64,000 nt of DNA from Eledone cirrhosa (taxonomy: Eukaryota), in the NCBI GenBank assembly GCA_964016885.1, contig OZ024754.1, forward strand, positions 31,744,001-31,808,000. The letters run 5' to 3'. Positions 1 through 13,639 of the stretch are shown piece by piece; positions within the stretch are counted from its first letter, which is position 1; each line of letters starts with the position of its first letter. The notes below the pieces were generated by a model. That model ran no database searches. It was given only the letters and a program-made list of their open reading frames with translations, and was not told where the DNA came from. The position numbers and the translations under genes are program-made.

Positions 1-215
1 CCAGCAATCAGTACATTACTGGTACTTTATTTTACTAGCCATCAGTACATTACTGGTACTTTATTTTACCAGCAATCAGTACATTACTGGTACTTTATTT
101 TATCGACCCCGTAACTTAATCTCGACGGGATTTGAACTCAGAAGGTAAAGGGCCATAACCCTATGCTGAAAATCATCGTGTCTGACGCTCTACCGATACA
201 GCCAATCCATCACCA
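1..215 (-). mobile_element. tRNA-derived SINE with Nin/Deu-like core (partial; 3' part tandemly triplicated)
   Basis: Minus strand reads A-box-like TGGCTGTATCGG, B-box GAGTTCAAATCC, then GGGGTCGATAAAATAAAGTACCAG; same core at 5144-5397; ~34-bp unit repeated three times at 1-105. Confidence 0.7.
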
Positions 216-347
216 TAGGGTCTATGTAATATCTGTTCTTAATGACGTCATTAGCTACTATAATAAGCTAGTGACGTTGGCGAAACTTTGAAGTAAACAG
301 TCACCATTAATAACAAAGATTTAAACACACATACATATACATAATGC

Positions 348-425
<78 letters not shown>

Positions 426-453
426 AAATATGCACACACACATACATAAATGC

Positions 454-527
454 CTTCTACAGGACTAGAACTGTTTCATTCGAAGGAAATCATTATTTCG
501 AATGAAACAGTTCTATTCCTGTAGAAG
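454..527. repeat. Imperfect palindrome made of two hammerhead 3' halves, followed by PLE-type tail (to ~610)
   Basis: CTTCTACAGGACTAGAACTGTTTCATTCG...CGAATGAAACAGTTCTATTCCTGTAGAAG; tail 551-610 resembles 772-832. Confidence 0.7.
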
Positions 528-613
528 CTATTTCTATATTTAATTTTGAATATACTCTACTAATGTATTGAGAACCTTACTTACTGTGGCTACCCTCGAT
601 TGAACCTGGGACT

Positions 614-645
<32 letters not shown>

Positions 646-648
646 GAT

Positions 649-701
649 GAGATTCTACAGGACTAGAACTGTTTCATTCTTTAGAAATCATCAGGAATCT
701 C
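649..701 (-). ncRNA. Type I hammerhead ribozyme motif (PLE-associated)
   Basis: Minus strand gagattc-CTGATGA-tttc taaa gaat-GAAAC-ag ttctagtc ct-GTA-gaatctc: 7-bp stem I, intact core, GUA site; U-U mismatch at base of stem II. Confidence 0.75.
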
Positions 702-702
702 T

Positions 703-755
703 GAGATTCCTGATGATTTCTAAAGAATGAAACAGTTCTAGTCTTGTAGAATCTC
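703..755 (+). ncRNA. Type I hammerhead ribozyme motif (mirror copy)
   Basis: gagattc(703-709) CTGATGA(710-716) tttc taaa gaat GAAAC(729-733) agttctagtctt GTA(746-748) gaatctc(749-755). Confidence 0.75.
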
Positions 756-836
756 ATCTATATTAAAACTTTTATACTCTGCAATGTATTGAGTACCTTA
801 CTTACTGTGGTTACCTCCGATTCAACCCGGAATAAC

Positions 837-884
<48 letters not shown>

Positions 885-1295
885 ATACTTGGGGAGGGTC
901 ATATTGTTATAATATTGCCAGAAATAATAACAGAACACTCTCACTGTTTGGTTTGGGTTTCTTTTCGCTTCTGTATCTTTTATATCTCCATAGTTAATTT
1001 ATTTGGCAATCAATGTTTATCATTGATTGACCAGCGGTTAAAAATACAGATATATATATATATATATAGAGTCTATCAAAGTTCTTTCGTCGCACATCTG
1101 TGACATCATCGGTGGTACTATTATGTTTCCTCCAATTAAACATATATATATATATATATATACGTGTGTGTGTGTGTGTGTATTTTAATAAATATTTGCT
1201 CTACGTCTTTATATATATTTATATATATATTATCCTTATCGAGCCCTCTTCGGATTTTAGTCTTCACATTTATTATTATTAATATTATTTTTATT

Positions 1296-1335
<40 letters not shown>

Positions 1336-2740
1336 AATATATATACACATGCAAGTTTACTTGTGTGTGTATGTTGAGAGAGAGAAAAGCAGTTTTTTGT
1401 TGTTTTTACCATTTTTGTTGTTTTTTTTGGTTAGCTTTCTGTTGAAATTTTAGGATAATGTCAGATTTTCTTTTGTTATTTCTGATCTAACGATGTCTAT
1501 TTTGAGAGGAATCTAACATCGAAAGCAACAAACAATTCCGCTGAGACAGAGCCAGGAATCCTGCGATAAAAAAAAAGTCATCATAACTATAAGACCCACC
1601 TCCTGCTCTCACCACCACCACCGCCGCCGACCTTGTTTTTTTTTTGTAAAATAACAGAGAAGGGGTTTATTGGTAGGCAATAAAGACAACACTGTAATTT
1701 GAACTTTCAAATAAATGTAGGGCTTTGGCAGTAAACATCAGAAATGACACAACACAACACAAAACACAGAAGACATTAGTTAGGGTTTCTCACTAGGTGG
1801 GTAGGAGTTGTTCTCTCTTGTATGCAGAGCTGGGGTTACCATTAAGGCCTACTAGGCAGCCAACTAAGGCACATAAATCTCAGAGTCACATTGTATGTAC
1901 GTATGTAAGTATGGATCTGTAACTCCTGGGGAGTCGTTGGGGACGCCATATTAACATACAAAGTTTCTAGGGCATTTTAAAACCTCACAGAGCCCTCGTC
2001 TCAGTACAGTACAATAACTGAAAAGATTTTATTTCATGTCATCACTTAGAAGATTTTCAAATCAAATGCGTGTGGAATGTTTTTGCTATAAGTCACAGGG
2101 TGACTGTTTGCAATGGAAACAAAACGAATGACAGTGAAAGCTAGTTTACAACATGTATCAAGTTATCAGACCCTCTCAGCATTAGATATGTTACAGTTTT
2201 CCTTTACAAAAGATATGTGGTGTTAGTTTCATGTTCGTAAACAAAGACGTCATGCAAGGTGTGAGGTTGACTTTAAAGAAACACAAACTCTTGCGGGTAC
2301 CCAAAGGAAGTCACTAGTGATCCACAAGACTGGGTAAAAAAAGGAAGGGGTTCCTCTGCTCGGCGTGTCTTTGAAGTCCTACGACTAGACTGAGGTCACT
2401 AGCTTTTTCAGGTTATACATCCTTGATGCTCCCAGAAAACGAACGCACCCTCATAGCTCAGCTGACCTGCCAACCTCTAAAAACCCAAACGGAGAGCACC
2501 ATGAAAAAAAGTACCCTCAAGAGAGGAGAAATGAGGCAAAATGGGGAGATTTTACATAATGAAAGCTATAGCCATTTTCACAAATCGCTCATCCATCCCA
2601 AAGTGGGTGGAGATCTCCCCGCCTGACGGGGAGAGGTAACAGGTCTGGCTCAGCCATGTACAATTTCAAACCATATGAACGACCACACCATGGATAAGTT
2701 CATAAAATATCTTCAAAGAGTTTGGCTTAAACATGTACAT

Positions 2741-2830
<90 letters not shown>

Positions 2831-2959
2831 GCACGCACGCACACAGCTATACATACATACAACGACGTACATAGGAGAGACAGCCCGTAGCATATTTGCA
2901 CACTACACAATTATACAAAACCTACAATTTCCTATAAAGATATCTTCAGGCTATAGACA

Positions 2960-3150
2960 AAGTCATCACCAACTTAACCAAAGTCGACTTTTTGAACATC
3001 ACTCTGAACTTAAAATGTAATAGACACTACCCCTAAAGGAAACCTAATAAGTAAACGGCACACATACAATATCTATCGTGCGACAAACAGATCTATAACG
3101 AAGCATTAACGAGAAGTGGCTTCACAGAAAAATTGATATACATGGATAAT
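2960..3150 (+). pseudogene. Decayed PLE RT/thumb fragment
   Basis: Translates TNLTKVDFLNITLNLKCNRHYP and YNEALTRSGFTEKLIYMDN, matching NHRIVNFLDITLNLNTCLHYP and YNEAIARAGYADKIVYIDN of the 15582 ORF. Confidence 0.7.
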
Positions 3151-3557
3151 AAAATGTGTAGTTTGCTTGAAGCATTGTATAAAAAAATATATTATATAAT
3201 GTGGAAAGTGATATAAGGCTAAACAATGATATTCATGGAATATGCCCTAATCCACTCATAAAAAAAGTTAGAAGGAGAAAATATATTTAATATAAATACA
3301 TAATTTTGTGAACCAAAATCGACTGTGCCAGATTTATTTAGGAATATGTTATGAAATGTGAAATTATGACTAAAAGGTTAAATCGATGTTATTTGTTTTT
3401 ATCTTTGCCGTGTTATCCATAGTATAGGACCTGGTATAGGTTGTAGTTTTATGTTAATTTAAGGTTAGTGTAGAGTGTGACAATTCTTTTTATACAAAAG
3501 TTTTAAATGTTGACATTTTTTAACAATCCTGCGACTCATCCCGATCCCATTAACTCA

Positions 3558-3603
3558 TTCTTCTTCTTCTTCTTCTTCTTCTTCTTCTTCTTCTTCTTCT
3601 TCT
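3558..3603 (+). repeat. (TTC)n microsatellite
   Basis: Direct reading. Confidence 0.95.
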
Positions 3604-3818
3604 TGAGAAGGTCGCGGGGTCAGAGTCCTCAAACACTCCCCCCAGCGGGTCTTGTTAGAAGCACCTGTCTCCAAATTGATCCGGTCCGGTTGTATCCCCA
3701 GTCGAGACCAGCCAAACCCATGGATGATATCCAACCATCATGCTCGAGTTCTACTCCTGGGAATCCTTCCGGGTGGATATGCCCGTAAAATCTGTCCAGC
3801 GCTTATTTCCAGACAAAA

Positions 3819-4680
3819 GTGTTGATAAGTAGAAGAGAGGACACTACTCCGATTCCATCGGGGAAATGGCCATGTTCGATATGTAGGAAAGGAACTGGCA
3901 TAAATTCCATAAAATGTACGCGATGCAGATCTTGGGTACACAAGAGATGTGGTGGGGTAGCAGGCAAACTAATAGGTAGGGAAAACTATGTATATAGTAG
4001 AAGGGAAAGTTGGCAGTATTAATCGCAGTGATAGACACATTTTACCAATGCAGGTGGGTTCTATAGACGTGGTTGATAGCTTCCGGTACCTAGGTGATCA
4101 GATTAGCATGGGAGGGGGTGTTCCGAGACCATAGTATCTAGAATAAGGACGGGTTGGAAGAAATTTACGGAGCTGCTTCCTTTGTTGACAAAGAAGGGTT
4201 TCTCCCTGCGTACGAAAGGACGGTTATATGATGCCTGTGTGAGATGCGCGATGCTGCATGGTAGTGAGACATGGGCAGCAACTGCAGAGGATATGCGACG
4301 GCTGGAGAGAAATGAAGCAAGTATGCTTCGTTGGATGTGCAATGTCAATGTGCGTGGACAACCAAGCATAGACGAGTTGAGAAAGAAACTGTGTATAAGA
4401 GGGATAAGTTGTGGTGTGCAGGAGAGAAGGCTGAGATGGTATGGACATGTGATGCGATGGAGGATGACCGCTGGGTAAAGAAGTACCAAGAAATCCCAGT
4501 AGAAGGAAGACGCAGTAGAGGTAGACCACGAAAAACATGGGCGGAGGTGGTGAGAGCAGACCTCAGATCGCTGAAACTCACCGAGGAGATGAGGAAGGAC
4601 CGTGACAAGTGGAGAGATGCTGTGCTGAATAGGACCCATCCAACCCTTGCAAGCAGGGAAAAGTGGACGTAAAATGATGG
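3819..4680 (+). mobile_element. RTE-clade non-LTR retrotransposon 3' fragment (frameshifted)
   Basis: SGKWPCSICRKG..CTRCRSWVHKRC Cys/His finger, DSFRYLGD, KGRLYDACVRCAMLHGSETW, RLRWYGHVMR, GRRSRGRPRKTW: characteristic RTE C-terminal motifs spread over several frames. Confidence 0.85.
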
Positions 4681-5143
4681 CCGCTTTAGCTGGAGCGACT
4701 CTCTGATCTCCGAGCTACACACTTTATTGAATAACGTCAATCCAGAGACCCTTTAGAGGAACCCCATTTCATCCACTCTATTCGCGGAGATACTCATTCT
4801 TCATAATATACAAAATTTGCTCCATTCTACAGTAACAACGATATTGAAGTTGACGGCGACGAAATCGAAACTGATGATAACGGGATTGAAACAGACGAGA
4901 ACGATTTTGAGGGGGACGATGACTAATCGATATTAACGTTGGTACTGACGAATTTAACCCTTTAATGTTGAAACCGGCCCAAACCGGCCAGAATTCTCTA
5001 CCTTTTTTCTGTTGAAACTGGCTGTAACTGGTCACTCAAACTGATGTTAAGGTATTGTTCTTAAAATAAATACTTTCAAAATCTCATAGATTCGATATTA
5101 TGTGAGATATTTATGTGAGATAAAGCCTTTCCCATGAAAATAT

Positions 5144-5397
5144 AATTGTTTCTACTTTTGGCACAAGGCCAGCAATTATTCCAGTGTATTACTGGTACTT
5201 TATTTTATCGACCCCGTAAGGATGAAAGGCAAAGTTAACCTCGGCGAGATTTGAACTCAGATCATAAAGGGCTGTAACTCTTTACTGCAAAGCATGGCGT
5301 CCGACCTTCTATAATAATAATAATTGTTTCTACTTTAGGCACAAGGCCAGCAATTACCCCAGTACATTACTGGTACTTTATTTTATCGACCCCGTAA
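5144..5397 (-). mobile_element. SINE (same family as 1-215) plus a second 3' fragment
   Basis: Minus strand GAGTTCAAATCTCGCCGAGGTTAACTTTGCCTTTCATCCTTACGGGGTCGATAAAATAAAGTACCAG ... GGCCTTGTGCC ... (ATT)n tail. Confidence 0.75.
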
Positions 5398-5430
5398 GCT
5401 ATACATACATATACGTCTGTGCATGTACAC

Positions 5431-5464
<34 letters not shown>

Positions 5465-5610
5465 CTATACATACATATACGTCTGTGCATGTACATATTT
5501 ACACACACACACACAACTATACATACATATACGTCTGTGCATGTACGTATTTACACACACACACACACACACACACATCTATACATACATATACGTCTGT
5601 GCATGTACGT

Positions 5611-5646
<36 letters not shown>

Positions 5647-5678
5647 CTATACATACATATACGTCTGTGCATGTACGT

Positions 5679-5709
<31 letters not shown>

Positions 5710-5742
5710 GCTATACATACATATACGTCTGTGCATGTACGT

Positions 5743-5780
<38 letters not shown>

Positions 5781-5876
5781 CTATACATACATATACGTCT
5801 GTGCATGTACGTATTTACACACACACACATACACACACACACATCTATACATACATATACGTCTGTGCATGTACAT

Positions 5877-5928
<52 letters not shown>

Positions 5929-5960
5929 CTATACATACATATACGTCAGTGCATGTACAT

Positions 5961-5999
<39 letters not shown>

Positions 6000-6142
6000 C
6001 ACAACTATACATACATATACGTCTGTGCATGTACGTATTTACACACACACACACACACACAGCTATACATACATATACGTCTGTGCATGTACGTATTTAC
6101 ACACACACATCTATACATACATATACGTCTGTGCATGTACGT

Positions 6143-6180
<38 letters not shown>

Positions 6181-6212
6181 CTATACATACATATACGTCT
6201 GTGCATGTACAT

Positions 6213-6266
<54 letters not shown>

Positions 6267-6298
6267 CTATACATACATATACGTCTGTGCATGTACAT

Positions 6299-6339
<41 letters not shown>

Positions 6340-6350
6340 TACATACATAC
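5398..6350 (+). repeat. Compound tandem array: ~36-bp constant motif alternating with variable-length (CA)n, about 14 units
   Basis: CTATACATACATATACGTCTGTGCATGTACRTATTTA-(CA)n repeated. Confidence 0.92.
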
Positions 6351-6942
6351 AACGACGTACATAGGAGAGACAGCCCGCAGCATATTTGCACACTACACAA
6401 TTATACAAAACCTACACTTTCCTATAAAGATATCTTCAGGCTGTAGACAAGTCGGTAGAGTTTTACAGTTTTACTCGTCTCTATCCAGGTGTTGTATTAT
6501 TTTAGCTTGGCATCATACTACAATATACAATAATAGATAAACTTTATATTGTCTTTATACACACTCTATACACCTCTCCATTCATCTACCAAAAACTGGC
6601 TGCCTAAAACATCTAAACCCGAATATACATTGCACATCTCTATATATTCAAATTCAGATTTATTCCACACTACTTACATCTATAAATGCCGCCATCCTTT
6701 TCCCATATCTTAAACGTTAACTTAATAAAATTAGCCCCAGATCAACAGAAATTATACTATATTAATTACAAAAATGAACTTAATCGTACATAATTACACT
6801 TAGATGGGATTATCTTTCGTTGAAATAGTAGTAAACGTTTACAGTACAAGGGACAAAACTCTTGGCAAATACAGATGAAGTGGAAATTTCTTGGTTGAAA
6901 ACCAATTGTCATTCGTGATCGAAAAGGTCTATAGACGTTCAC

Positions 6943-7017
<75 letters not shown>

Positions 7018-7250
7018 AGTAAAAATTAGCGAGAATCGAATTTCAGTTCAGGAATTAACGAGAATCACTTCCGAGTTGTGTGGCAAGCGCTCGATAATTC
7101 ATATGAATTAGAGCTACAACTTACGTTAAACGCCAAACACACTGAGATGGTGGTTAAACTAATCATCCATACAGCGAAAATTCGATCGCCTATTTCGGGT
7201 CAAACAGATATACAGATATAAAAATCTATAAAAATTTAAATGGTTGAAAG

Positions 7251-7323
<73 letters not shown>

Positions 7324-7325
<2 letters not shown>

Positions 7326-7477
7326 GAACGAGTAGGACTCCAGAATTAGCCGTCGAAACGGCTTGAGCTCAGCTGTTGGGGTCCTACTCGTTCCTATTAC
7401 CCACTCTACTACCCTAAGTATTGAGTACTTTGGTGCGTTATGGTCCACCTGGTTCCTTACCACATTTCCTTCGTTAT
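7324..7477 (+). mobile_element. PLE-type 3' tail with local hairpin
   Basis: AGGAACGAGTAGGACTCCA...TGGGGTCCTACTCGTTCCT hairpin; the ~107-bp tail recurs at 31891-31997 and 46972-47078, starting with CAGC(T/C)GT(T/C)GGGG, which resembles hammerhead stem III plus cleavage site. Confidence 0.55.
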
Positions 7478-7639
7478 ATATATATATATTCTAAGGGAAA
7501 CAACATTCCCCTAACGTCCATGTCCCTTCCATACGGGCTGGACATCCCAACTTAATAGAGGCTAAAAAAATTACAAAAAAAAACAAACAGCGCTGCCACT
7601 AACACTTACAAGTAGGCGACGGAGACATAAATGTCACAA

Positions 7640-8724
7640 ACACAGACTGCAAAGTGATCGCTAAGACCCTGAAGGTCGATGACCGGAATGAACCGTTAAG
7701 GATGTTCCCCGCACTTCACCTTTAAGGACCACAAACCCACCTTCCACCGTAAACAAACTGCCAGGCTAATCAATCCTACATGTTCCCAAACCGGATCTAT
7801 CAGTAAAATAAATCCCCAACAGGATTATTCCACTATTCCAAGAAGCCTCACCTCCCCGCTCTAGAGCAAAACATCTGAGGTTATAATTTGGTACAGGATT
7901 TACCGGAGAAGTGAATCAACTTGACATAGAGGACTATTACGCTTCTATTACCGAGACCCTCCTAAAGGATGCACTAGCCTACGTCATGTCAGATGAGGAG
8001 TACGACGTGATCCTCCACGCACGAAAATCCTTCTTTTTTTTACGATGGTTCTCTTTGGATTAACAAAAAAATTGGATTCGCCCTTCGATGTTAGCATGGA
8101 AGCGAATGACTCGGCGGAAATAAGCGACCTTGTGGGACTATACATCCTACACAAACTGAAGCAACACTTCACCGGGATTATCGGAGGGCTATATCGGGAT
8201 GACGTCCTATTCGTCAAGCACAGAGAGAACTTTAGAATCACCGTTGGCTTTCGGAAAAGCCTACACACATTTTCCAATAATCTGGGCCTAAAGATTATCA
8301 TAGAATCAAATATCACTAGGGCCCACTTTCTATATGTAACTTTAGATTTAGCCACCTCCCTCTACTACCCATACCACAAACCTAATATATCCCTTAAAGG
8401 CATTAACCATAATTCCAACCACTCCAAACATATCATAAACAATCTCGTTAGAAGTGTTTCGCTCAAAATTTCGAGCTTTTCAGGTAATGAAGACATTTTT
8501 AGAGCTTCCGCCCCCTACTACAACGAGGTCCTAGCCCGAAGTCATTTTAAGGACACAGTTACCTACATAGAGAGCATACCTAGACCCCCAAACAGCAATA
8601 GATGAATCAGCTGGCACGACCCCCTCCTTCAACAAGGTGGTGTCCACGCCAACAGCTACGATTTTCTTCAAACTATTGAATAAAGACTTCCCCACACAAC
8701 ACAAGTACTACACCATCTTCAGCA

Positions 8725-8727
<3 letters not shown>
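7640..8727 (+). pseudogene. Decayed PLE reverse transcriptase (same group as the 15582 ORF)
   Basis: FKDHKPTF..RLINP, LDIEDYYASITETLL (motif A), ILHARKS, FDVSM..DSAEISDLVGLYIL, GGLYRDD, YYNEVLARS, FFKLLNKDFPTQHKYYTIF; several frameshifts. Confidence 0.88.
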
Positions 8728-8764
<37 letters not shown>

Positions 8765-8840
8765 AGAAAAGTTGCTTGGATGCGTCCTTAGGCTGTATGC
8801 CGGTTGAGCAGGCTATGCTCCTTCGGAGCAGAGTATGATA

Positions 8841-9194
<354 letters not shown>

Positions 9195-9201
9195 ATATAT
9201 A

Positions 9202-9261
<60 letters not shown>

Positions 9262-9332
9262 AAAACGAAGAATCAGTGAAGCATCGGAATAGAAAATGCT
9301 GACAAATTGTTCACAGTTGAAAAATGGTTTAA

Positions 9333-10246
9333 TCTATATATATAAAACTGTGGTTGTCTGTCTGTCTATCGATTTTTGGCACACATCTCCTCTTAGAATC
9401 TCTCACGGAATTGCACCGAAATTGCTATACTTGTACATTGAGCACTAGCGAAGACATCGGAAAAAAGAAATTTCAAATTGACCCACCCTATGTGACGAAA
9501 TCGAATATAATGTATCGATTTTTGAGCGTAAGTTATCAGTTATTTCCCTTTGTTCTGTTTACATTGAGCGTCTTACGTAAAAAATTACGCTGGCTTTAAC
9601 AGTTGTCGAGCCAACAAAATATTGACCTGCAAAATTCATCAGTTCGAACACTAAGCTTCCGTTTTGCTTCATTTCCATTTAAAAGCATTTTAAAACAATA
9701 TTTTTACTTGAAAACAAGTCTATTTAAAGACTACGTAAAACAAGCAAATATTTCGTCGTTAGGCGTGCAGACAGACAGCCGTGCAGACAGACAGTCGTGC
9801 AGAGAGGTGATATAGGCGTGCAGACAGACAGTCGTGCAGAGAGGTGATATAGGCGTGCAGACAGACAGTCGTGCAGAGAGGTGATATAGGCGTGCAGACA
9901 GATAGTCGTGCAGAGAGGTAATATAGGCGTGCAGACAGACATAACTGATAATTTGGTTACGCTAATGTTTTTCTATGCGTTGCAGTGTTTACATTTTCGA
10001 TCTTTGTTAATAAATAACCAGTGCAGTTTCTATCCCCAGCATCCTCTTTTGTTATAACATTCGGGTTATCGTTATGTTTTCTTAACTTCATAAGGCATAT
10101 TGTTGGTTGAGGGAATATTAATCAAAAACACCACATGCAAGTCTGCACAGTAGACACTACAGTTTTTAAGCCAAGAAAGAAACTTAACATTGTAACTTTA
10201 ACACAGCTACTGAGCGACCCCGAGCAACGCCGGGCTTTACTGCTAG
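9333..10246 (+). mobile_element. Non-autonomous Helitron, copy 1 (internal 37-bp tandem repeat)
   Basis: 5' TC start, 3' CTAG end preceded by CCCGAGCAACGCCGGG hairpin, inserted between A and T with no TSD; empty site visible in the inverted arm near 12300-12315. Confidence 0.88.
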
Positions 10247-10677
10247 TTAATAATAAAAGAGTATTAGTGATTGTATGGGTTAGTATTCAGTTGTGGTTTT
10301 AAGTTTTTAAGATTTTACCGGTTGCGCATTTCTAAATGCTTTTCAAAAATAATTTTGAGATAGAGTGTCCGTGCTGTTTGCTCTGATCTGATTAGTTTTG
10401 GGAATTCTACCTGTTTTTATGTTAAAAAAGTGGCTCCAGCGTTATTTTTGTATTGCAAAAATGCTTGTGGTCAAAACAATTTTGATTGGTCGGTAGAGGT
10501 CATGTGAATGTAAAAAGTTGATTTTGCGCCAAGACTGTTTTTATGTTAAAAAAGTGGCTCCAGCAAAAATTCTTGGTCAAAACAATTTTGATTGGTCGGT
10601 AGAGGTCATGTGGATAAAAAATTGGTTTTGCGCCAAGATTGAGAAATGACTCTTTCACAACAAATATGTGTGTGTGT

Positions 10678-10743
<66 letters not shown>

Positions 10744-10812
10744 TAGTAGTAGTAAGGTGTTCGATGCTGCGACAATGGCCAGCAGCGATGTGTGTCAAAT
10801 GGCTATTAAGAT

Positions 10813-10889
<77 letters not shown>

Positions 10890-11053
10890 GCAGAGTAATT
10901 CGATGGTCAGTAAGAATGTGTCTGAAAGCAATGGGGGGTATTTTAGCATGTCAAAAGATACTTTTCAGCTTTTGTTTTATACGGAGAAGTGCGTGTGTGT
11001 GTGTGTGTATAAGTCTCTTTGTATGTTGATGTACGCGTGTGTATGTGTTTGTG

Positions 11054-11090
<37 letters not shown>

Positions 11091-11752
11091 ACCAGTATTT
11101 TTTTCCCCCTGGTAAAATGGTGTACATTATTCGATTTTTTCAGTAAAATCGGTTCTCTTAATAGAACATCAAAAATCTTAACAATAAAAGGTGTGAAATG
11201 ATATTCACTATATATATATACACATACATATATTCACTACACATATATATATATATACATATATACATACATATATATGCATATATATTTTTTTGTATTG
11301 CACCATAGAGCATGTGTGTTTACGTGTGTCATTGTGTTTATATGTGGGTAGAGATGTGTGCTGATGTAGGTATGTATGTTGACGTGTGTATGTTGTGGGT
11401 TCGTCTTAGGGAGAAGTGTTTAGACGGGGTCCGTATTTGTTAATGAAATAAGATTCCTTGCTGATGCGCTGGGTGTGGGTGGCATTATCTTTAAATTTGT
11501 AGAGGGGAAAGATTCTGAAGTTGGGATGATTTTGGGCGGCACAGGTATCAATGTGTTCACTCAGTGGTATTTTCCTGTATTCCCGTATTTTAATTTGGGA
11601 TCTATGGACAGTCATGCGTTGGCGGAGGCTGTTTTTGGTCTGGCCTATGTATTGTTCTCGACAACCTGAGCAAGTTAATACATATATTAGATTTTCCGAT
11701 GCACATGTGAAATTGTGTTTTACTATAAAACGTTGTCCATCTTTGAAATAGA

Positions 11753-11819
<67 letters not shown>

Positions 11820-11823
11820 GACA

Positions 11824-11890
<67 letters not shown>

Positions 11891-12355
11891 TTGTTGTGAA
11901 AGAGTCATTTCTCAATCTTGGCGCAAAACCAATTTTTTATCCACATGACCTCTACCGACCAATCAAAATTGTTTTGACCAAGAATTTTTGCTGGAGCCAC
12001 TTTTTTAACATAAAAATAGTCTTGGCGCAAAATCAACTTTTTACATTCACATGACCTCTACCGACCAATCAAAATTGTTTTGACCACAAGCATTTTTGCA
12101 ACACAAAAATAACGCTGGAGCCACTTTTTTAACATAAAAACAGGTAGAATTCCCAAAACTAATCAGATCAGAGCAAACAGCACGGACACTCTATCTCAAA
12201 ATTATTTTTGAAAAGCATTTAGAAATGCGCAACCGGTAAAAACTTAAAAACTTTAAACCACAACTGAATACTAACCCATACAATCACTAATACTCTTTTA
12301 TTCCTAATTAAACCATTTTTCAACTGTGAACAATTTGTCAGCATTTTCTATTCCG
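10247..12355. repeat. ~470-bp inverted arms (9285-9332 plus 10247-10668; 11886-12355) around the GIY-YIG fragment
   Basis: Arms are reverse complements, each ends in a (GT)/(CA) tract and holds an internal ~120-bp direct duplication; repeated at 19896-22000. Confidence 0.88.
11406..11753 (-). pseudogene. 5'-truncated PLE GIY-YIG endonuclease (second PLE family)
   Basis: [36 protein letters not shown]...SEH...[17 protein letters not shown]: GIY-YIG motifs with conserved R, H, E, N; upstream is only (GT)n. Confidence 0.85.
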
Positions 12356-12398
12356 TTTACCAATATATAATAACTTGTGTGTTACACCTCTATTCTTT

Positions 12399-12534
<136 letters not shown>

Positions 12535-12596
12535 ATATATATATATATATAATATATATATATATATAATATATATATAATATATATATATATATA

Positions 12597-13505
12597 CTAG
12601 CAGTAAAGCCCGGCGTTGCTCGGGGTCGCTCAGTAGCTGTGTTAAAGTTACAATGTTAAGTTTCTTTCTTGGCTTAAAAACTGTAGTGTCTACTGTGCAG
12701 ACTTGCATGTGGTGTTTTTGATTAATATTCCCTCAACCAACAATATGCCTTATGAAGTTAAGAAAACATAACGATTACCCGAATGTTATAACAAAAGAGG
12801 ATGCTGGGGATAGAAACTGCACTGGTTATTTATTAACAAAGATCGAAAATGTAAACACTGCAACGCAGAGAAAAATATTAGCGTAACCAAATTATCAGTT
12901 ATGTCTGTCTGCATGCCTATATCACCTCTCTGCACGACTGTCTGTCTGCACGCCTATATCACCTCTCTGCACGACTGTCTGTCTGCACGCCTATATCACC
13001 TCTCTGCACGACTGTCTGTCTGCACGCCTATATCACCTCTCTGCACGACTGTCTGTCTGCACGCCTAACGACGAAATATTTGCTTGTTTTACGTAGTCTT
13101 TAAATAGACTTGTTTTCAAGTAAAAATATTGTTTTAAAATGCTTTTAAATGGAAATGAAGCAAAACGGAAGCTTAGTGTTCGAACTGATGAATTTTGCAG
13201 GTCAATATTTTGCTGGCTCGACAACTATTCGAAACGCTGAGAAAGCCAGCGTATTTTTTTACGTAAGACGCTCAATGTAAACAGAACAAAGGGAAATAAC
13301 TGATAACTTACGCTCAAAAATCGATACATTATATTCGATTTCGTCACATAGGGCGGGTCAATTTGAAATTTTTTTTTCCGATGTCTTCGCTAGTGCTCAA
13401 TGTACAAGTATAGCAATTTCGGTGCAATTCCGTGAGAGATTCTAAGAGGAGATGTGTGCCAAAAATCGATAGACAGACAGACAACAACAGTTTTATATAT
13501 ATAGA
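12597..13505 (-). mobile_element. Non-autonomous Helitron, copy 2, inside (TA)n
   Basis: Reverse complement of 9333-10246 with both termini intact. Confidence 0.88.
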
Positions 13506-13520
13506 TAATATATATATAAT

Positions 13521-13639
<119 letters not shown>

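Noticed and set aside
1074-1117. Minus-strand hammerhead relic (CCGATGA-tgtc..gac-GAAA)
   Set aside because: U4 is mutated and stem I is mismatched; too degenerate to call.
251-1445. Short YIYI/HTHT/CVCV ORFs here and throughout the window
   Set aside because: Translations of dinucleotide microsatellites.
4830-5060. Acidic peptide (DIEVDGDEIETDD) with CTGATGA..GAAAC, and TTAACCCT piggyBac-like end at 4955
   Set aside because: No hammerhead stems, no matching second terminus and no transposase motifs.
5398-6350. CRISPR-like repeat-spacer array
   Set aside because: Spacers are only (CA)n, the context is eukaryotic and there are no cas genes.
6350-6450. TYIGETARS as a GIY-YIG fragment (also 2860-2958)
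   Set aside because: Only one short motif; the remaining catalytic residues are not recognisable.
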